Shown: piece after piece, positions 1 to 14,923 of the stretch
Layout of the letters: each line of letters starts with the position of its first letter
How positions within the stretch are numbered: the stretch's first letter is position 1
DNA from: the human T2T-CHM13v2.0 reference genome, Homo sapiens
Length of the DNA: 64,000 nucleotides
NCBI RefSeq assembly: GCF_009914755.1
Contig: NC_060932.1
Reading direction: 5' to 3' (one strand)
Notes under the pieces: model-generated
Database searches by the model: none
The model's input: the letters and a program-made list of their open reading frames with translations, nothing else
What the model was told of the DNA's origin: nothing
Translations under genes and position numbers: made by a program

Positions 1-1410
1 TTGCTTATTCTGGACATTTCATATAAACACCTCATGCAAAATGTGGCCTATTATGCATGGCTTCTCTCCTTTAGGATTTGTTTTCAAAGTTCATCTGTGT
101 TGTAGCATATGACAGTACTTCCTTTTTATGGTTGAATCACATTCCATTGTGTGAATAGATGACATTTTGTTTACCCATTTATCAGTAATTGGACATTTAG
201 GTTGCTTTCATTTTTTGTCTATTATGAATAATGTTGTTCTGAACATTTGTGTGTATATTTTTATGTGAACATATGTTCTTATTTCTCTTGGGTATATAGC
301 CAGAAGTAGAATTGCTGGGTTATATGATAACTCTATTTAATATTTAGAGAAACTGAACTGTTTTATAAAGTGGCTACATCATTTTATAGTTGAAACAGCA
401 ACGAATAAAGTTCTCGGCTGGGTGTGGTAGCTCATGCCTGTAATCCCAACACTTTGGAGTTTGAGACCCGGTCAGGAGTTCAAGACCAGCCTGGCCAACA
501 TGGTGAAACCCCTGTCTCTTCTAAGAATATAAAAATTAGCCAGGCGTGGTGGTGCATGCCTGTAATCCTAGCTACTCAGGGGGCTGAGGAGGGAGGATTG
601 CTTGAACCTGGGAGGTGGAGGCTGCAGTGAACTGAGATAGTACCATTGTACTCCTGTTTTTTTAGAAGTTTTATCTCATTGTGATTTTGTTTTGAATAAC
701 CCTAATGATTAATGATGTTGAGAATCTTTTCATGCACATATTGAACATTTGTATGTCTTCTTTGGGGAACTGTCTATTCAAATCTTGTGCTCAATTTTTA
801 GTTGTTAAATTGTGAAATTTCTTTGTATAGTCTGGATACAGGTCACTTACACGATATGTGGTTTGCAAATATTCTCTTCCATTTTGTGGGTTGTCTTTAC
901 ATTTTTTAAAATTGGTGCTCTTTAAAACATGAAGGTTTTAATTTTGATGGAATATAAGTTATCTATATATATTTTTGTCCATTGTGCTTTAGGCATTTTT
1001 TCTAAGAACCCATCACAAATATTTACACCTATGATTTCTCCTAGGAATTTAATAGGTTTAGCTCTTACATTTACATATATGATCTATTTTGTGAGTATTT
1101 TATACATGGTGTGAGATAAGGGTCCAAGTTATTCTTTTGCTTGTGGATGTCGAGTGACCCTACACTATTTGTTGAAAAGACTACTTTAGACACATTGTTT
1201 TGTCTGGATACCACCCTTGTTGAAAATCAAATGATCATAGATGTATGGATTTATTTTTGAACTCTTAATCCTAATCTATTGATCTATATGTCTGTCCTTA
1301 TGTCAGTACCACACTGTTTTAGTTATTATAACATTGTTACAAGTTTTGAAATAGAGAATTGCAAATCCTTCAACTTGTTTTTTTTCAAGATGATTTTAGC
1401 TACTGTATGT
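1..1410 (-). mobile_element. Old L1 (L1M-type) 3' fragment, interrupted by an Alu
   Basis: Diverged antisense L1 3' motifs (gaattgctgggttatatgataactcta; ttgttgaaaagacta; tcagtaccacactgtttt) on both sides of the Alu; boundaries approximate. Confidence 0.7.
416..654 (+). mobile_element. Alu (S/J), internally rearranged and lacking its 3' end
   Basis: Starts ggctgggtgtggtagctcatgcctgtaatccc; B-box region, A-rich linker and right arm to gtactcc; no poly(A). Confidence 0.9.
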
Positions 1411-4400
1411 CCAATAATTGTTTTAAATGTGGCAAATATGCTTAAGAACGGTTAGTTCTTAAGTAGCATATAGTAACCATCATTGTAAATTGTGGCTCAC
1501 ATTTTTTTAAATTTGCATTTTATAAAGTTACTAGCGCCTTAGCTCCAAGAGTACTAGAAACAAACTTTTTCACATATGTGGGCAGAATGATTGTTGACTT
1601 GGCATCTTGTTAAGAATAACAATGTTGGCTTTATATCATCAAAGACTCCCATGCTTTATTTGAGTATTGGGAATTGACTAAGGGAGTTGCCAATATACGT
1701 TGCAATTTTAGATCACCTACAATGGTGACTTACGTTTTTCCAATGTAGTACAAATAAAAGGTAAGAACTGAATCCAACTGGCTGTTCTCTAATTATGGCT
1801 CAAGGTTTTGGTGATAGTCTGACAGACTTCTTGAGAAAACACTGTAAAACCATCTCCCTCTCTAGTATAATTACTATTATTAATTTCAATAGTTAATTCA
1901 ATTTTTTAAGTTGAATTATTTTTATAATTTTACCAAAAATTGATTTTTATATTTGTGCTAGACATATTAGACTGGACACATTGCATTAACGAGATGATCT
2001 GCAGGTGCAAGAAGTTGAGAAACAGTGTCCTGAAATTAAAGAGAACATTTAACAAATACTAAACACTTTTTACATTTTCCAGGAGAAATTCTGTTTCCCA
2101 GAAATCATGTGATGTTTCACCGTTGCTTGAGAACTACTTTCTGCAATTCTTGGTATAAAATTTTCAGGGCAAAGATAAATATCCCATAATAGCTCATATG
2201 TGGAATTATTTTGCCTTTGTATCTGGTGTTGTGATTTCTGTTAGAGAACTTTTACTATCTTTAACAACACAGAATTGATTTTCTAAATGAAATGCATCAC
2301 AGAAAAAGTGTCTAGTGAATAATTTTAATAACACTTTATGGAGCTATCTTGGGACAAGCAGTCCTCTAGCACTTATTTTCCCTTGAGACTTAGAAGAAAT
2401 CATATCTCTAGTGCTCATAATAAGGAACTAATTTAACTGAGTTCAAGTTAGCTGTGAACAAATGGATTAACAAGCACCTTATTAAAATTTTAATTTACAT
2501 TTCATTTATCACATTTAATAGAATCAACTTTGTTGTTTCAGGGTGGGAAAAAGCATTAATTTCCAAAGATAACTTTGGGTACCATTAATTGCTAATGCTT
2601 TCCTTGTTGGTTTTCATAATTACCATAATTGTGTACCCTATGTAGCATGGAAATATAAGATGCATAACATAAACTTTTGCTCTTAAAGACCATTTAATTA
2701 TTCAACAAATAAAAAATATTTATGTTTGTATAGATTGTGGATTTTGTTGCTACTGTAAGAATGTTTAATTAAGATAATGTAAAAGTTTTGGTCCTTTTAG
2801 GATATAACTTAGATAGTTACATATTTTGATGTCTAGAGAAATAGTCTGGATATTCTTTGATAATATTTTGTCTTATATCTTTTTTACTCACATTACTTAT
2901 TTTTCTTAAATTTACTTAAGTATTTCTGCTATTTGTATATGAGAATGTTCCAATTATATTTGTTAAAGATTTATGCTTTTATTGGTAAAGTGTATTGGTA
3001 GAGTAAGAAAATTGTTATGTCTTCAGGAAAAAAAAATGTATGTATTATAGCATTTATTATAATACCAATGAACAAAAGACCGATGAAGAAAACGATGAAG
3101 TACACAAGTATTAACTTTAACAAAGAGAAGCAACCATTTGGAATCATTGTGTAAATTAAAACCTTTGTATCCAAAGTCTTTCCTCTAAAGCATATCAGTT
3201 GATTACTTGAGTAGGACTGAAAGGATAGTCTTAAAATTCAGTTTTGGATCTGTTCTTTAAATGAAGTTTTAACTATAATGCATGAACTCTGATGGTTCTA
3301 ATAAAATAATTGATGACTTTCATCCATTTTTATAATGCCAATTATAACTATTTGATATACTTGAAGGCACAATTTTAATCACTTTATACATCTCTGAATA
3401 AGAATAAAAATATGTATATGTTTAAGGGCCTGTATTTCATTTATAGAATTAGCATCCTGTCAAGATATTTTTCAGATTATATCATTAAAATAGGAAAAGG
3501 TAACATTTTCTTAAAATGAGACAAGTGATCTAATCTTAATGACAGCTACTGTTAATGTCATGCACCTAGATATAGTTTATAATGCTTAGTAATTACAGCA
3601 ATCTTTCTTCTCTTTTACTAATTATTTCAAGAGAAAGAAGTAAAAGCTTTAAGAAGGGGCACAAAAGGCAGCTACATTGGATCTTTTTTGTAAAGCAAAT
3701 AGCTTTCAAATCATTCCATTAGCTGTCATCAGAGTACAAAAAGAATTAATCAAAAATGACATCAATCTTAAAGGCCTGCCAAAACCTCATGAGAAAAACA
3801 ATCCCATCATAAAAAGAGATAAATTAAAGGCACTGTCCCTGATTCTGTAAAAGGATTTCACGTTTTCCCCCTATGCACCCACATTTGTGTTATAGAAGAT
3901 TATATATAAGATATATACTTTAAATTCTTCTGGTACATTTATTTTGAGCAACTAGTGTATCTAATGTAATAGTTAATCAATACATTTCAGTATATTTTGT
4001 ATTTACCTAAGTCCTTTTTTTCAAAACATATCTGTATTTGTCTTTTTAAGTTTAATTTTGACTTTTTTAGCATAATATTTGAAATTATTAGAATCTCGTG
4101 TGGAATCACAACAGATAACTAAAGCACATGACACTTGGAAACCAAAAGAAAGATAAAAGTTGGCAAGGACATAAAAGGTATTTTTGTTGAGTCTACATGT
4201 AAATATCCAAGAAACTGTAATTTAATATTATTTATCATACAGTTGTTTTTAAGTACTTATGAACATAACACAACTTTATGTTTACTTAAAGGGTTTCAAG
4301 CCTATATCATCTTCTTTGTTAAAATTTGGTTATTGGTAAACCTTGATATCCACAAGGATAAATATTATTTCTATTCTTTATAAGAGTTAACCAAAGCTCA

Positions 4401-5520
4401 GAGCAATGAGTCTGCCAAACATAATAATGTATTAAAGTGGAGAAGTAAGACCTGGAAGCTGGATCTTTACATTTCCGGTGCTCTTCCCACTGCTTTACAT
4501 CTCCTGTCTTACTATGTTCTGTGCAAACCACTTTGGACTTCAAACTTTAATAGGAGGTGAGTATAGGAAACATAATAAAGTCAATTCCCTTATTTTCTGG
4601 TGTTTACTTGGGATGCATCAGTGAACAAAACAAAGGTATCTGTCCTTATGAAATTTATATCATAGCAGAGGAAGACTGGAAATGAATAAATAAATAAAGA
4701 ATGGAGTTTGTTGGAAGGTAATAAGTTCTGTGGAAACAAGGAAAACCAAGGCATGGAGGTTTGGAGTGCTAAAGTGAAGGTGTGAGAACAGATTGCTCTT
4801 GCTCAGTTTTCTGTCTTCTTTTGTTTAGGAAATTGTCATTCTCTGTATGCTTCATTATAATATATACAATAAATATGAATTGTTATAATTTAAGATAAAT
4901 TATATAAATATAAATTATAAATGTGTGTACATATGCATATATATGCACATATATGAATACATGCATGTACATACAAATACCTGCATATTTAACACAATTT
5001 TTATTTATATAATTTATATTTTATAAATGCATATGTTTTGTATTTATGAATTTACTCAAATTTGTTTGTAACTCAAAAATGAATGCTTGTGACACTTGAT
5101 TCGTCATTCAAAGACACACACATAAGTAGAACAGCAAAAAATTGGACTCTCCTAGCGTGCATATTCCCAGGGAGGTTGTATGCTCCCCGGGAATTGTTCA
5201 ACCTCCCTGAGATCAAACAGGGAGAATCTATGACTTTTTGTTTCAGTCCTTCTACTGTAAACAAGTGCCCTTTTTGCAATGTGTTTAGTGCTATGTTTTT
5301 CACAATTTGTGCATTTTGTCTGTGATTTCACTGTTGAGAATGGCCCTCAAGCATAGTCCTGAAGTGCTGTCTAGTGTTCCTAAACACAACAAGGCTGAGA
5401 TGTGCCCTGTGGAGGAAATACATATGTTAGATTGGCTTCATTCAGGCATGAATTATAGTGCTGTTGGTCATGAGTTCAGCGTTAATTGATCAACAAAGTG
5501 TATTAAATAATATGTCTTTA

Positions 5521-6169
5521 ATAAATATACGTGTGCATGTGTCCTATAGTAGAATGATTTATAATCCTTTGGGTATATAGCCAGTAATGGGATCGCTGGA
5601 TCAAATGGTATTTCTGGTTGTAGATCCTTGAGGAATCACCACACTGCCTTCCACAATGATTGAACTAATTTACACTCCCATTGCAGAACTATTTACAATA
5701 GCAAAGACTTGGAACCCACCCAAATGCCCATCAATGATAGACTGAATAAAGAAAAAGTGGCACATATATACCATGGAACACTATGCAACCATAAGAAAGA
5801 ATGAGTTTATGTCCTTTGCAGGGACATAGATGAAGCTGGAAGCCATCAGTCTCTGCAAACTAACACAGGAACAGAAAACCAAACACCATATGTTCTCACT
5901 CATAAGTGGGAGCTGAACAAAGAGAATACATGGCCATAGGGAGGGGAACATCATACACCGGGGCCTGTCAGAGGGTCGGGGGCAAGGGGAGGGAGAGCAT
6001 AAGGACAAATACCTAATGCACGCGGGGCTTAAAACCTAGATGACGGGTTGATAGGTGGAGCAAACCACCATGGAATATGTATACCTATGTAACAAACCCA
6101 CACGTTCTGCACATGTATCCCAGAACTTGAAGTAAAATTAAAAAAAAGAAAAAGAAAAAGAAAAAGAAA
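5521..6169 (+). mobile_element. 5'-truncated, 5'-inverted (twin-primed) L1PA7/8-like element
   Basis: 5521-5680 is antisense L1 ORF2 end; 5681-6139 is the adjacent sense L1 3' end; A-rich tail 6140-6169. Confidence 0.9.
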
Positions 6170-6577
6170 CAAGGCTGGAGAGCCTTCCAGTATCAACTGT
6201 GAACAAGATGGGAAAGCATTCACAGCCACAGAGAACAACCTGAACTAAGGTGTCCCCCCCAAAAAAAAAAGAAAAGTAGAAGAAGGAAAAAGGAAAAATT
6301 ACCTTTTGAGGTGGCCTGTTTCAAGTAATAATCATATAGCATAGTCTCTCAAAAAATAATGTATTTAGACAATCACCATCTGGGCATCTACCACACACTG
6401 CACTCAGTGCTGAGGACTCAGCAGTGAACAGGTTGACAAAGCCCTACTCTGCTGGAGCTTTACTTTGGGGAGAGAAAGAAGGATGCAGGGTGACAAGTAT
6501 ATTAGCAATATCATTTCAATTTGTGATATATGATACAGAAAAAATAAACAAGAAGCTGTGACTAAGGGAGAAAAAAA
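6170..6577 (+). other. Probable L1 3'-transduced segment containing L2-like remnants
   Basis: Lies between the L1 tail and the resumption of MER82; AATAAA at 6543-6548, then A7 at 6571-6577. Confidence 0.65.
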
Positions 6578-6725
6578 TTCCTTAAACCAAAATGCACATA
6601 AAACAAGGTTATGTCTTAATAAGTTAATAAAACAGTTGTGACTGGAGGGTCACAGGAACCTAACCCTGTTTTTCCCTGAGTGGCAATTATTCAGTATTCA
6701 CTAACTCAAATTTCACAAGGACTTT

Positions 6726-7536
6726 TTTTTTCTTCAACTCCTATTTTAAGTTCAGGGGTACATGTGCAGGATGTGCAGGTTTGTCACATCAGTAAAAATG
6801 CACTATGGTGGTTTGCTGCACAGATCATCCCATCGCCTAGGTATTAAGCCCAGCATCCATTAGCTATTAGTCCTGATGCTCCTTCTCTTCCTGCCCCCCA
6901 ACCCCAACCGGCCCCAGTGTGAGTTTTTCCCCTCCATGTGTCCATGTGTTCTCATCATTCAGCTCCCACTTGTAAGTGAGAACATGCGATGTTTGGTTTT
7001 CTGTTCCTGCATTAGTTTGCTGAGGATAATGGCCTCCAGCTCCATTTATGTCCCTGCAAAGGACATGAGCTCATTCCTTTTTGTGGCTGCAAAATGTTCC
7101 ATGGTGTATATATACCACATTTTCTTTATCCAGTTTATCATTGTGGGGCATTTGAGTTGATTCCGTGCCTTTGCTATTGTGAATAGTGCCGCAATGAACA
7201 TACATGTGCATATGTCTTTATAATAGAATGGTTTATATTCCTTTGGGTGTATAGCTAGTAATGGGATTGCTGGGTCAAATTATATTTCTGCCTCTAGGTC
7301 TTCGAGGAAGCCCCACACTGTCTTCCACAATGTTTGAACTAATTTACAGTCCCACCAACAGTGTAAAAGTGTTCTTTTTCTCTGCAACCTCACCAGCATC
7401 TGTTGTTTTTTGACTTTTAGTAATAGCCATTCTGACTGGTGCAAGATGGTATCTCGTTGAGGTTTTGATTTGCATTTCTCTAATGATCAGTGAGGTTGAG
7501 CCTTTTTTCACATTTTTTGGCCGCATGTGTGTCTTC
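6726..7536 (-). mobile_element. 5'-truncated L1PA10-13-like element
   Basis: Antisense L1 3' UTR and ORF2 end with T-tract; TSD tttcacaaggacttt (6711-6725) / tttcacaatgacgtt (7537-7551), 13/15. Confidence 0.9.
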
Positions 7537-8059
7537 TTTCACAATGACGTTATAGAATATGACTACATTGAATGAGAAAAGCAATTGTATTAGGTTACAA
7601 GGTGTTTAATATAGATTAAAATTACATCCTCAATTGCAAACAATTACAATAATTTTCACCAATAAGCCTCTGATTATTTCCTGTAGTCAGCGTATTTACT
7701 GACTAAATATTTTAGCACTATCCTGTATGATATAACAGCTTAAAAAACATCACCTTTAAGAACTACTGAATGATTCTGGTGGAGATTTCTCAATCTAATT
7801 CTGTTTGACAATGAATTTTTTTGGAGCTTTCTGAATAGGATTTTTTTATGTGGAATCTTGGCACTTGGTGTATAGCTTATTTCAATATGCTTCTTATGCA
7901 ATTCTGTCTATTTTTTCTCATTTTCTCTTCATGCTTCAATCTGGATATTTTCAATTGATCTATCTTCTAGTTTACTCATCTTCTCTAAACATAGAAAAGT
8001 CTAACCTTCTCTTAAACTTATTTATTGAGTTCCTAATTTTAATTTGTGTATATATATAT

Positions 8060-8444
<385 letters not shown>

Positions 8445-8639
8445 TGAATATGTAAAATTAAGCTCAGAACTGACTATGGAGTAGAAAGTTAAATTGTTCT
8501 GCCTAATAAAGTGAGAAAGCCTGGAACACAGAGAAGCAGAGAGAGAAGGAGACAATCTTGAGGGTAGAAGTGTGCTCTGAGGGATACAATAAAAAACTGA
8601 AGCCTGCACAGAAAGTTGGGCAGTGAGAAATTCCTATGA

Positions 8640-8944
8640 ATGGGCTCAGAGAGAAGCCTGTGCATGCAGTGTGTGTTACAGGGACTCTGAGTTTAGAAAC
8701 CGTGAATCATTATAACGGGCTGTGTAAAAGGGTCCTTGGATCTAGAGGGAGACATCCCTGTCTCAAGGAAACCTGTCCTGCTCTGCAGGGAAACCTTATT
8801 ATTTTCCAAGGCTGTTTTCTGTACAAACATACTTGGAAAGATAGTCCGAAAAAGAGGGCCGTGCTTGAAACAAAGGACAGACAATGCCTTACTTCACAAG
8901 ATATGCAGCAATGTGAGAAATCCTTGGAGAATTGTCTCCCAATG
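8640..8944 (-). mobile_element. LTR40-like ERVL LTR fragment
   Basis: ttccaaggctg...aaagatagtcc...ggagaattgtctcccaa matches the reverse complement of the recalled LTR40 start; a related copy lies at ~47.5-48.0 kb. Confidence 0.6.
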
Positions 8945-9789
8945 GACTGTAAAAATTCATCTTTCTTTGCAATATTGGACATTTTTTCTGGGAGCTTTTT
9001 CCATTTTAATTGCTTGGTATACTATGCCACTTAGCATCCTCACTTAGAAACACACATTTTGATCTTATGCTGTGGGTATGATTATCATATGACTCATAAA
9101 TGACAGTATGATACAATCATCACCTTAAAGTAGGAAAAACTCTTATTTCTCTTCAATTACATATAATTATCCTTGGAAAACTGTATTGAAAGACTAATTT
9201 TACATTGATGTGTCACATAATTACATATCACTAGTGACATAAAAAATTCAAAATATTCTATAAATTATCCTTTAAAAAAAGCCCAGACACTTCTTACCCC
9301 AGTATTACCAAAATCAAGAGTGTTGGATCATCTAGTTTTTTATAAATAAGTTCAGATTGCTATTACTCAAACTGAGTAACTAAGCTGTGCTAAAGCTTGC
9401 AATTTGTTGGGAAAGTTGTGGGAGGCCTAAAGTTCCATCTGTCACTCTGCTCCAAGCCCTCTTCTTGGGCTCAGGTGTTTTTCCTGAGAGTTTCTTTCTT
9501 CCCTGAAGGAAGCTCCAATGACTTAGCATGCTTTCCACCCTGCTCTCAGTTTCTGTGATCTTATCCACTTTACTCCTTGGGATTTTGTTTTTCTTTCCTT
9601 CTTTTTCTTTTTTAATTCAAGCCTGATTGTAGGATGTAAAGCAACCTCTACCATTCTCCTCTTTCTAGCTACTTTGGAAAACAAACAGATATGCTTTTCT
9701 ATTGAAGGATTTTAATGATCACCACATTAGGGAAAGCTATTGAGATTAATTAAATCATTAATGTGAGCAAATTACAAAATTGCAGACAT

Positions 9790-10292
9790 CTAAGTTCTTA
9801 GTATGTAAGAATTATTCAAAGTTTCTTATTTCCTATAGAATAAAGTCCAAACATTTTATTCATAAAAGTTAGCCTATCATCTTCTCCCTACTTCCCTTTC
9901 TAACTTCATATCACTTATCAATTTCGGTTCTGCTACATTCACTGTGCAGTTTTTGGTTAAAGTCTCTCCTGTGTTTATGCTTCTCTATCTTTATAGGATG
10001 CCTTTTCCTCTCATGTCTGCTTTACTTGTTTTTTCTCTTTCTTTAAGAGTGCATTCAAATGTTTTTTGAATTGATCTCCAGGAAGTTTTCTCTGACTATA
10101 AGACGTGTTCCCATAATATACCATGTATACCTTCATATTGTACTTATATCATTTAAGAATATTATAATTTAATTATATGTATAGACCACTGTTACACTGC
10201 AAGTCAGTTGTGACAAATATTTCTGCAGCATATTTAGCACAGAGACTGTCACATAGTTGGTATTCAATGTTTGGTGAATGAATGAGTGAATA
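9790..10292 (+). mobile_element. L2 3' fragment
   Basis: Ends cacatagttggtattcaatgtttggtgaatgaatgagtgaat, the typical L2 tail. Confidence 0.6.
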
Positions 10293-11516
10293 CCTCTTTC
10301 CAGGGTGACTTTTACTGGTGCCAGTCTCACACTTTATATCGTCCAATCCAAGCATTCATTTGTCATCCCTGCACTCCTTCCTGTGCTTTCATTCATGATC
10401 TTCTCTTGTCAGAATGGCAATCTGTAACTCAAGCCCACTTCCTCCATTATGCTCTTCCTTGCAAACTGCTACCTTTATCACTGATAGAATGAAAGGATGC
10501 TCCCAATGAATGTCGTGTAGACACTTTTATTGTCACACTTAAAACACTATTTTTAGCATGTTTTTTTTTTATATGTCTCTCTTTCACTGACAATTATAAC
10601 CCTTCAAGGATGAGGCAGTTTTGTAAATAATTTTGCCACCCCAGAACCTAGCATAATGCCTGCCACTTGCTGGTTTGTCATATGAATAAATTGATTATTT
10701 AATACATGGTACTCTTTACATATAGCATACAGCTGATTCTGTAATAGGAAGCTCATGGTTTCTGCTCTCCATTTTTATAATGCTGAGGGTGGTATTCATC
10801 AAAACCAACCTTTATTTTTGACCTTTGTCCCTGGCCAGAGCTATAATAAAAGTAAGCTAGTCATCTCTTTTACCTCAAATGGGAAATTTGAATTTCTGAG
10901 GACCTTTTGACTAGGTAACTTCTAATTATCCTGGCTTTTATCCAGCCAACAAATTATCATCTCTAGCTAGAGATTTCTTAACATGAACATATTTTTATCT
11001 AGATATAAATATGCAGTGGTCTTGTTTGGGCTGCATGGGTTTCCACATAATGATGAAGAAAGCTGGACTGGATAAGACCATGGGCCTCAGCCAAACCAAT
11101 CTTATTTAAATAATTATTCAATATTAATTCATAGGAAATACTAAAGGCACTGAAGAAATGCATCTTGTGGGGAGAAATGAAGAGAGATCATTTATATCAT
11201 CTTCACCACTTTCTCTTCTTTACCCCAGCAAATCAGCTCTGGTTGAATTGTGCCCCTCACTCAGCCAACAAATCAGACCTGTAAGGAAATGCATGGCCAC
11301 CACATGTTACTTAGGTATGCTCCTTAGTTGGTGGTGGTGGTTGGTTGGGGTTGGGGTTGTTGTTGTGTCCCGTTTCCACCCAGAGGAATTTAGCAAAGTA
11401 TTACCTTAAAACCACATCTGGTATTTTTGCTGAAATTTTATTAAATCACTTGTTTCCTTCAAGCTGCATTTGCCGAATGTAATTTATCTCCCATTATAAA
11501 TCTTGATCAGGACAAC

Positions 11517-13374
<1,858 letters not shown>

Positions 13375-13980
13375 CAACTGTCTTACAGGAATTTACTTAC
13401 TGGTAAACCATTTATGTGGAAACCTGTGAAGCTCAGTGGCACTCAGTGTTCTATGTTTCCTGTGACTGGAAAGGACTGAGAAGGGTGGGCAGCAGGGCCC
13501 CAGAACACAGCATGCTCCTGAGAAGGGTCAAGATTCCAAGACGGGTTGTGGGCCATGTTCAGCCTTCCCAAGATAAGCAAACTAGTGAGTAAATGGCAGT
13601 TTTGCTCAACTTCTTGGTTGCTCCAAGTCTTATTTAGTTGTATTTCTGCTGTTATATATTTGTGTTAGGGGGTGTAATTTTAAAAAAAAAAAAGAAGTAT
13701 ATTTTAGTACAGAGTCTTATTTTGAAGATTAAAAGTGGCTGAAGTCTTAATCCAATAAATAAGCAACAGTGGTGTGGAACAGCAGGACATCATTTAGTTA
13801 TTCAGAAAAAAGCTCTTCATTTTTTGCCAGCAATCAAGATTTTAAGACTAACAAAGTTTTCATTAAGCTTCACATTTTTTAATTCAATAAGGATAGATTA
13901 CGGCTAAATCTCTATCATTATAGCTAATACATTGAGTTAGTTTAGGAATATGGCCTGGGCCAAATGTGTATACATCATAG

Positions 13981-14026
<46 letters not shown>

Positions 14027-14039
14027 ATCTATCTATCTA
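13981..14039. repeat. Tetranucleotide STR (TCTA)11 TCA (TCTA)3
   Basis: Read directly. Confidence 0.97.
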
Positions 14040-14386
14040 TCCACTTATCACTTACTCCATTTGGCATCTATTTGTAATATCTCCATTTTACAGTTAAAAA
14101 ATTGAAATTTAGAAGCAGTAAGTAACATTTACTGAGTAGAAGAGAAACTTAAAGCTGAGTTCTCTTTCAATTGAGAACCTTATCTTTGCCCTTACACATG
14201 AATGCAAATGCACATAAATCTGACTGACAAAATAATAATGCACATTTTGAAATTGATACGTTTGAGGGCATGTCTCAATGATTTACTATAAAATTTGAGG
14301 AGATATAAAACTTTTTTAAAGACAATCTTGATGTTACTGTCTCCTCTTCCTCCTTTCAGCTTTGAAATTTCCATCATTTGAGGTAC

Positions 14387-14923
14387 TGTGATAGTTAATA
14401 TTGAGTGTTAATTGGATTCGATTGAAGGATGCAAAGTTTTGTTTCTGGTGTGCCTATGACAGTGTTGCTAAGGGAGATTAACATTTGAGTCAGTGGACTG
14501 GGAGAGGAAGACCCACCCTCAATCTGGTGGGCACCATCTTGCCAGCATGGCTAGAATAAAGCAAGCAGAAGAAGTTGGAAGGACCAGACTTGCTGAGTCT
14601 TCCAGCCTTCATCTTTCTCCCGTGCTGGATGTTTCCTGCCCTTCAACATTGGACTTCAAGATCTTCAGCTTTTGGACTCTTGGACTTACACCAGCGGTTT
14701 GCCAGGGGCTCTCGAGCCTTCAGCCACAGACTTAAGACTACACTGTTATCTTCCCTACTTGTGAGGTTTTGGGACTCGGACTGACTTCCTTGCTCAGTTT
14801 GCAGATGGCCTATTGTGGGACTTCACCTTATTATCGTATGAGTCAATACTCCTTAATAAACTCCCCTTTATAAATACATCTATCCTATTAGTTCTGACCC
14901 TCTAGAGAACCCTGACTAATACA
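14387..14923 (+). mobile_element. MLT2A (HERVL) solo LTR
   Basis: tgtgatagttaatattgagtgt...ctagagaaccctgactaataca; 5-bp TSD ggtac/ggtgc. Confidence 0.9.

Larger units (their letters stand above)
5035..7589 (-). mobile_element. MER82-like Tigger DNA transposon split into three pieces (~5035-5520, ~6578-6725, ~7537-7589)
   Basis: Pieces are collinear with the recalled MER82 consensus (gaagtgctgtctagtgttcctaa...gtctttaa | acataaaacaaggttatg...caggaacctaaccctg | ttatagaatatgactac...caattg+TA). Confidence 0.8.

Noticed and set aside
1712-1760. Peptide ITYNGDLRFSNVVQIK loosely resembling an Ig-CAM motif
   Set aside because: 16 residues only, no flanking homology or partner exons; likely chance
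8636-9047. 132-aa and overlapping ORFs
   Set aside because: Fall in an LTR40-like remnant; no domain recognised
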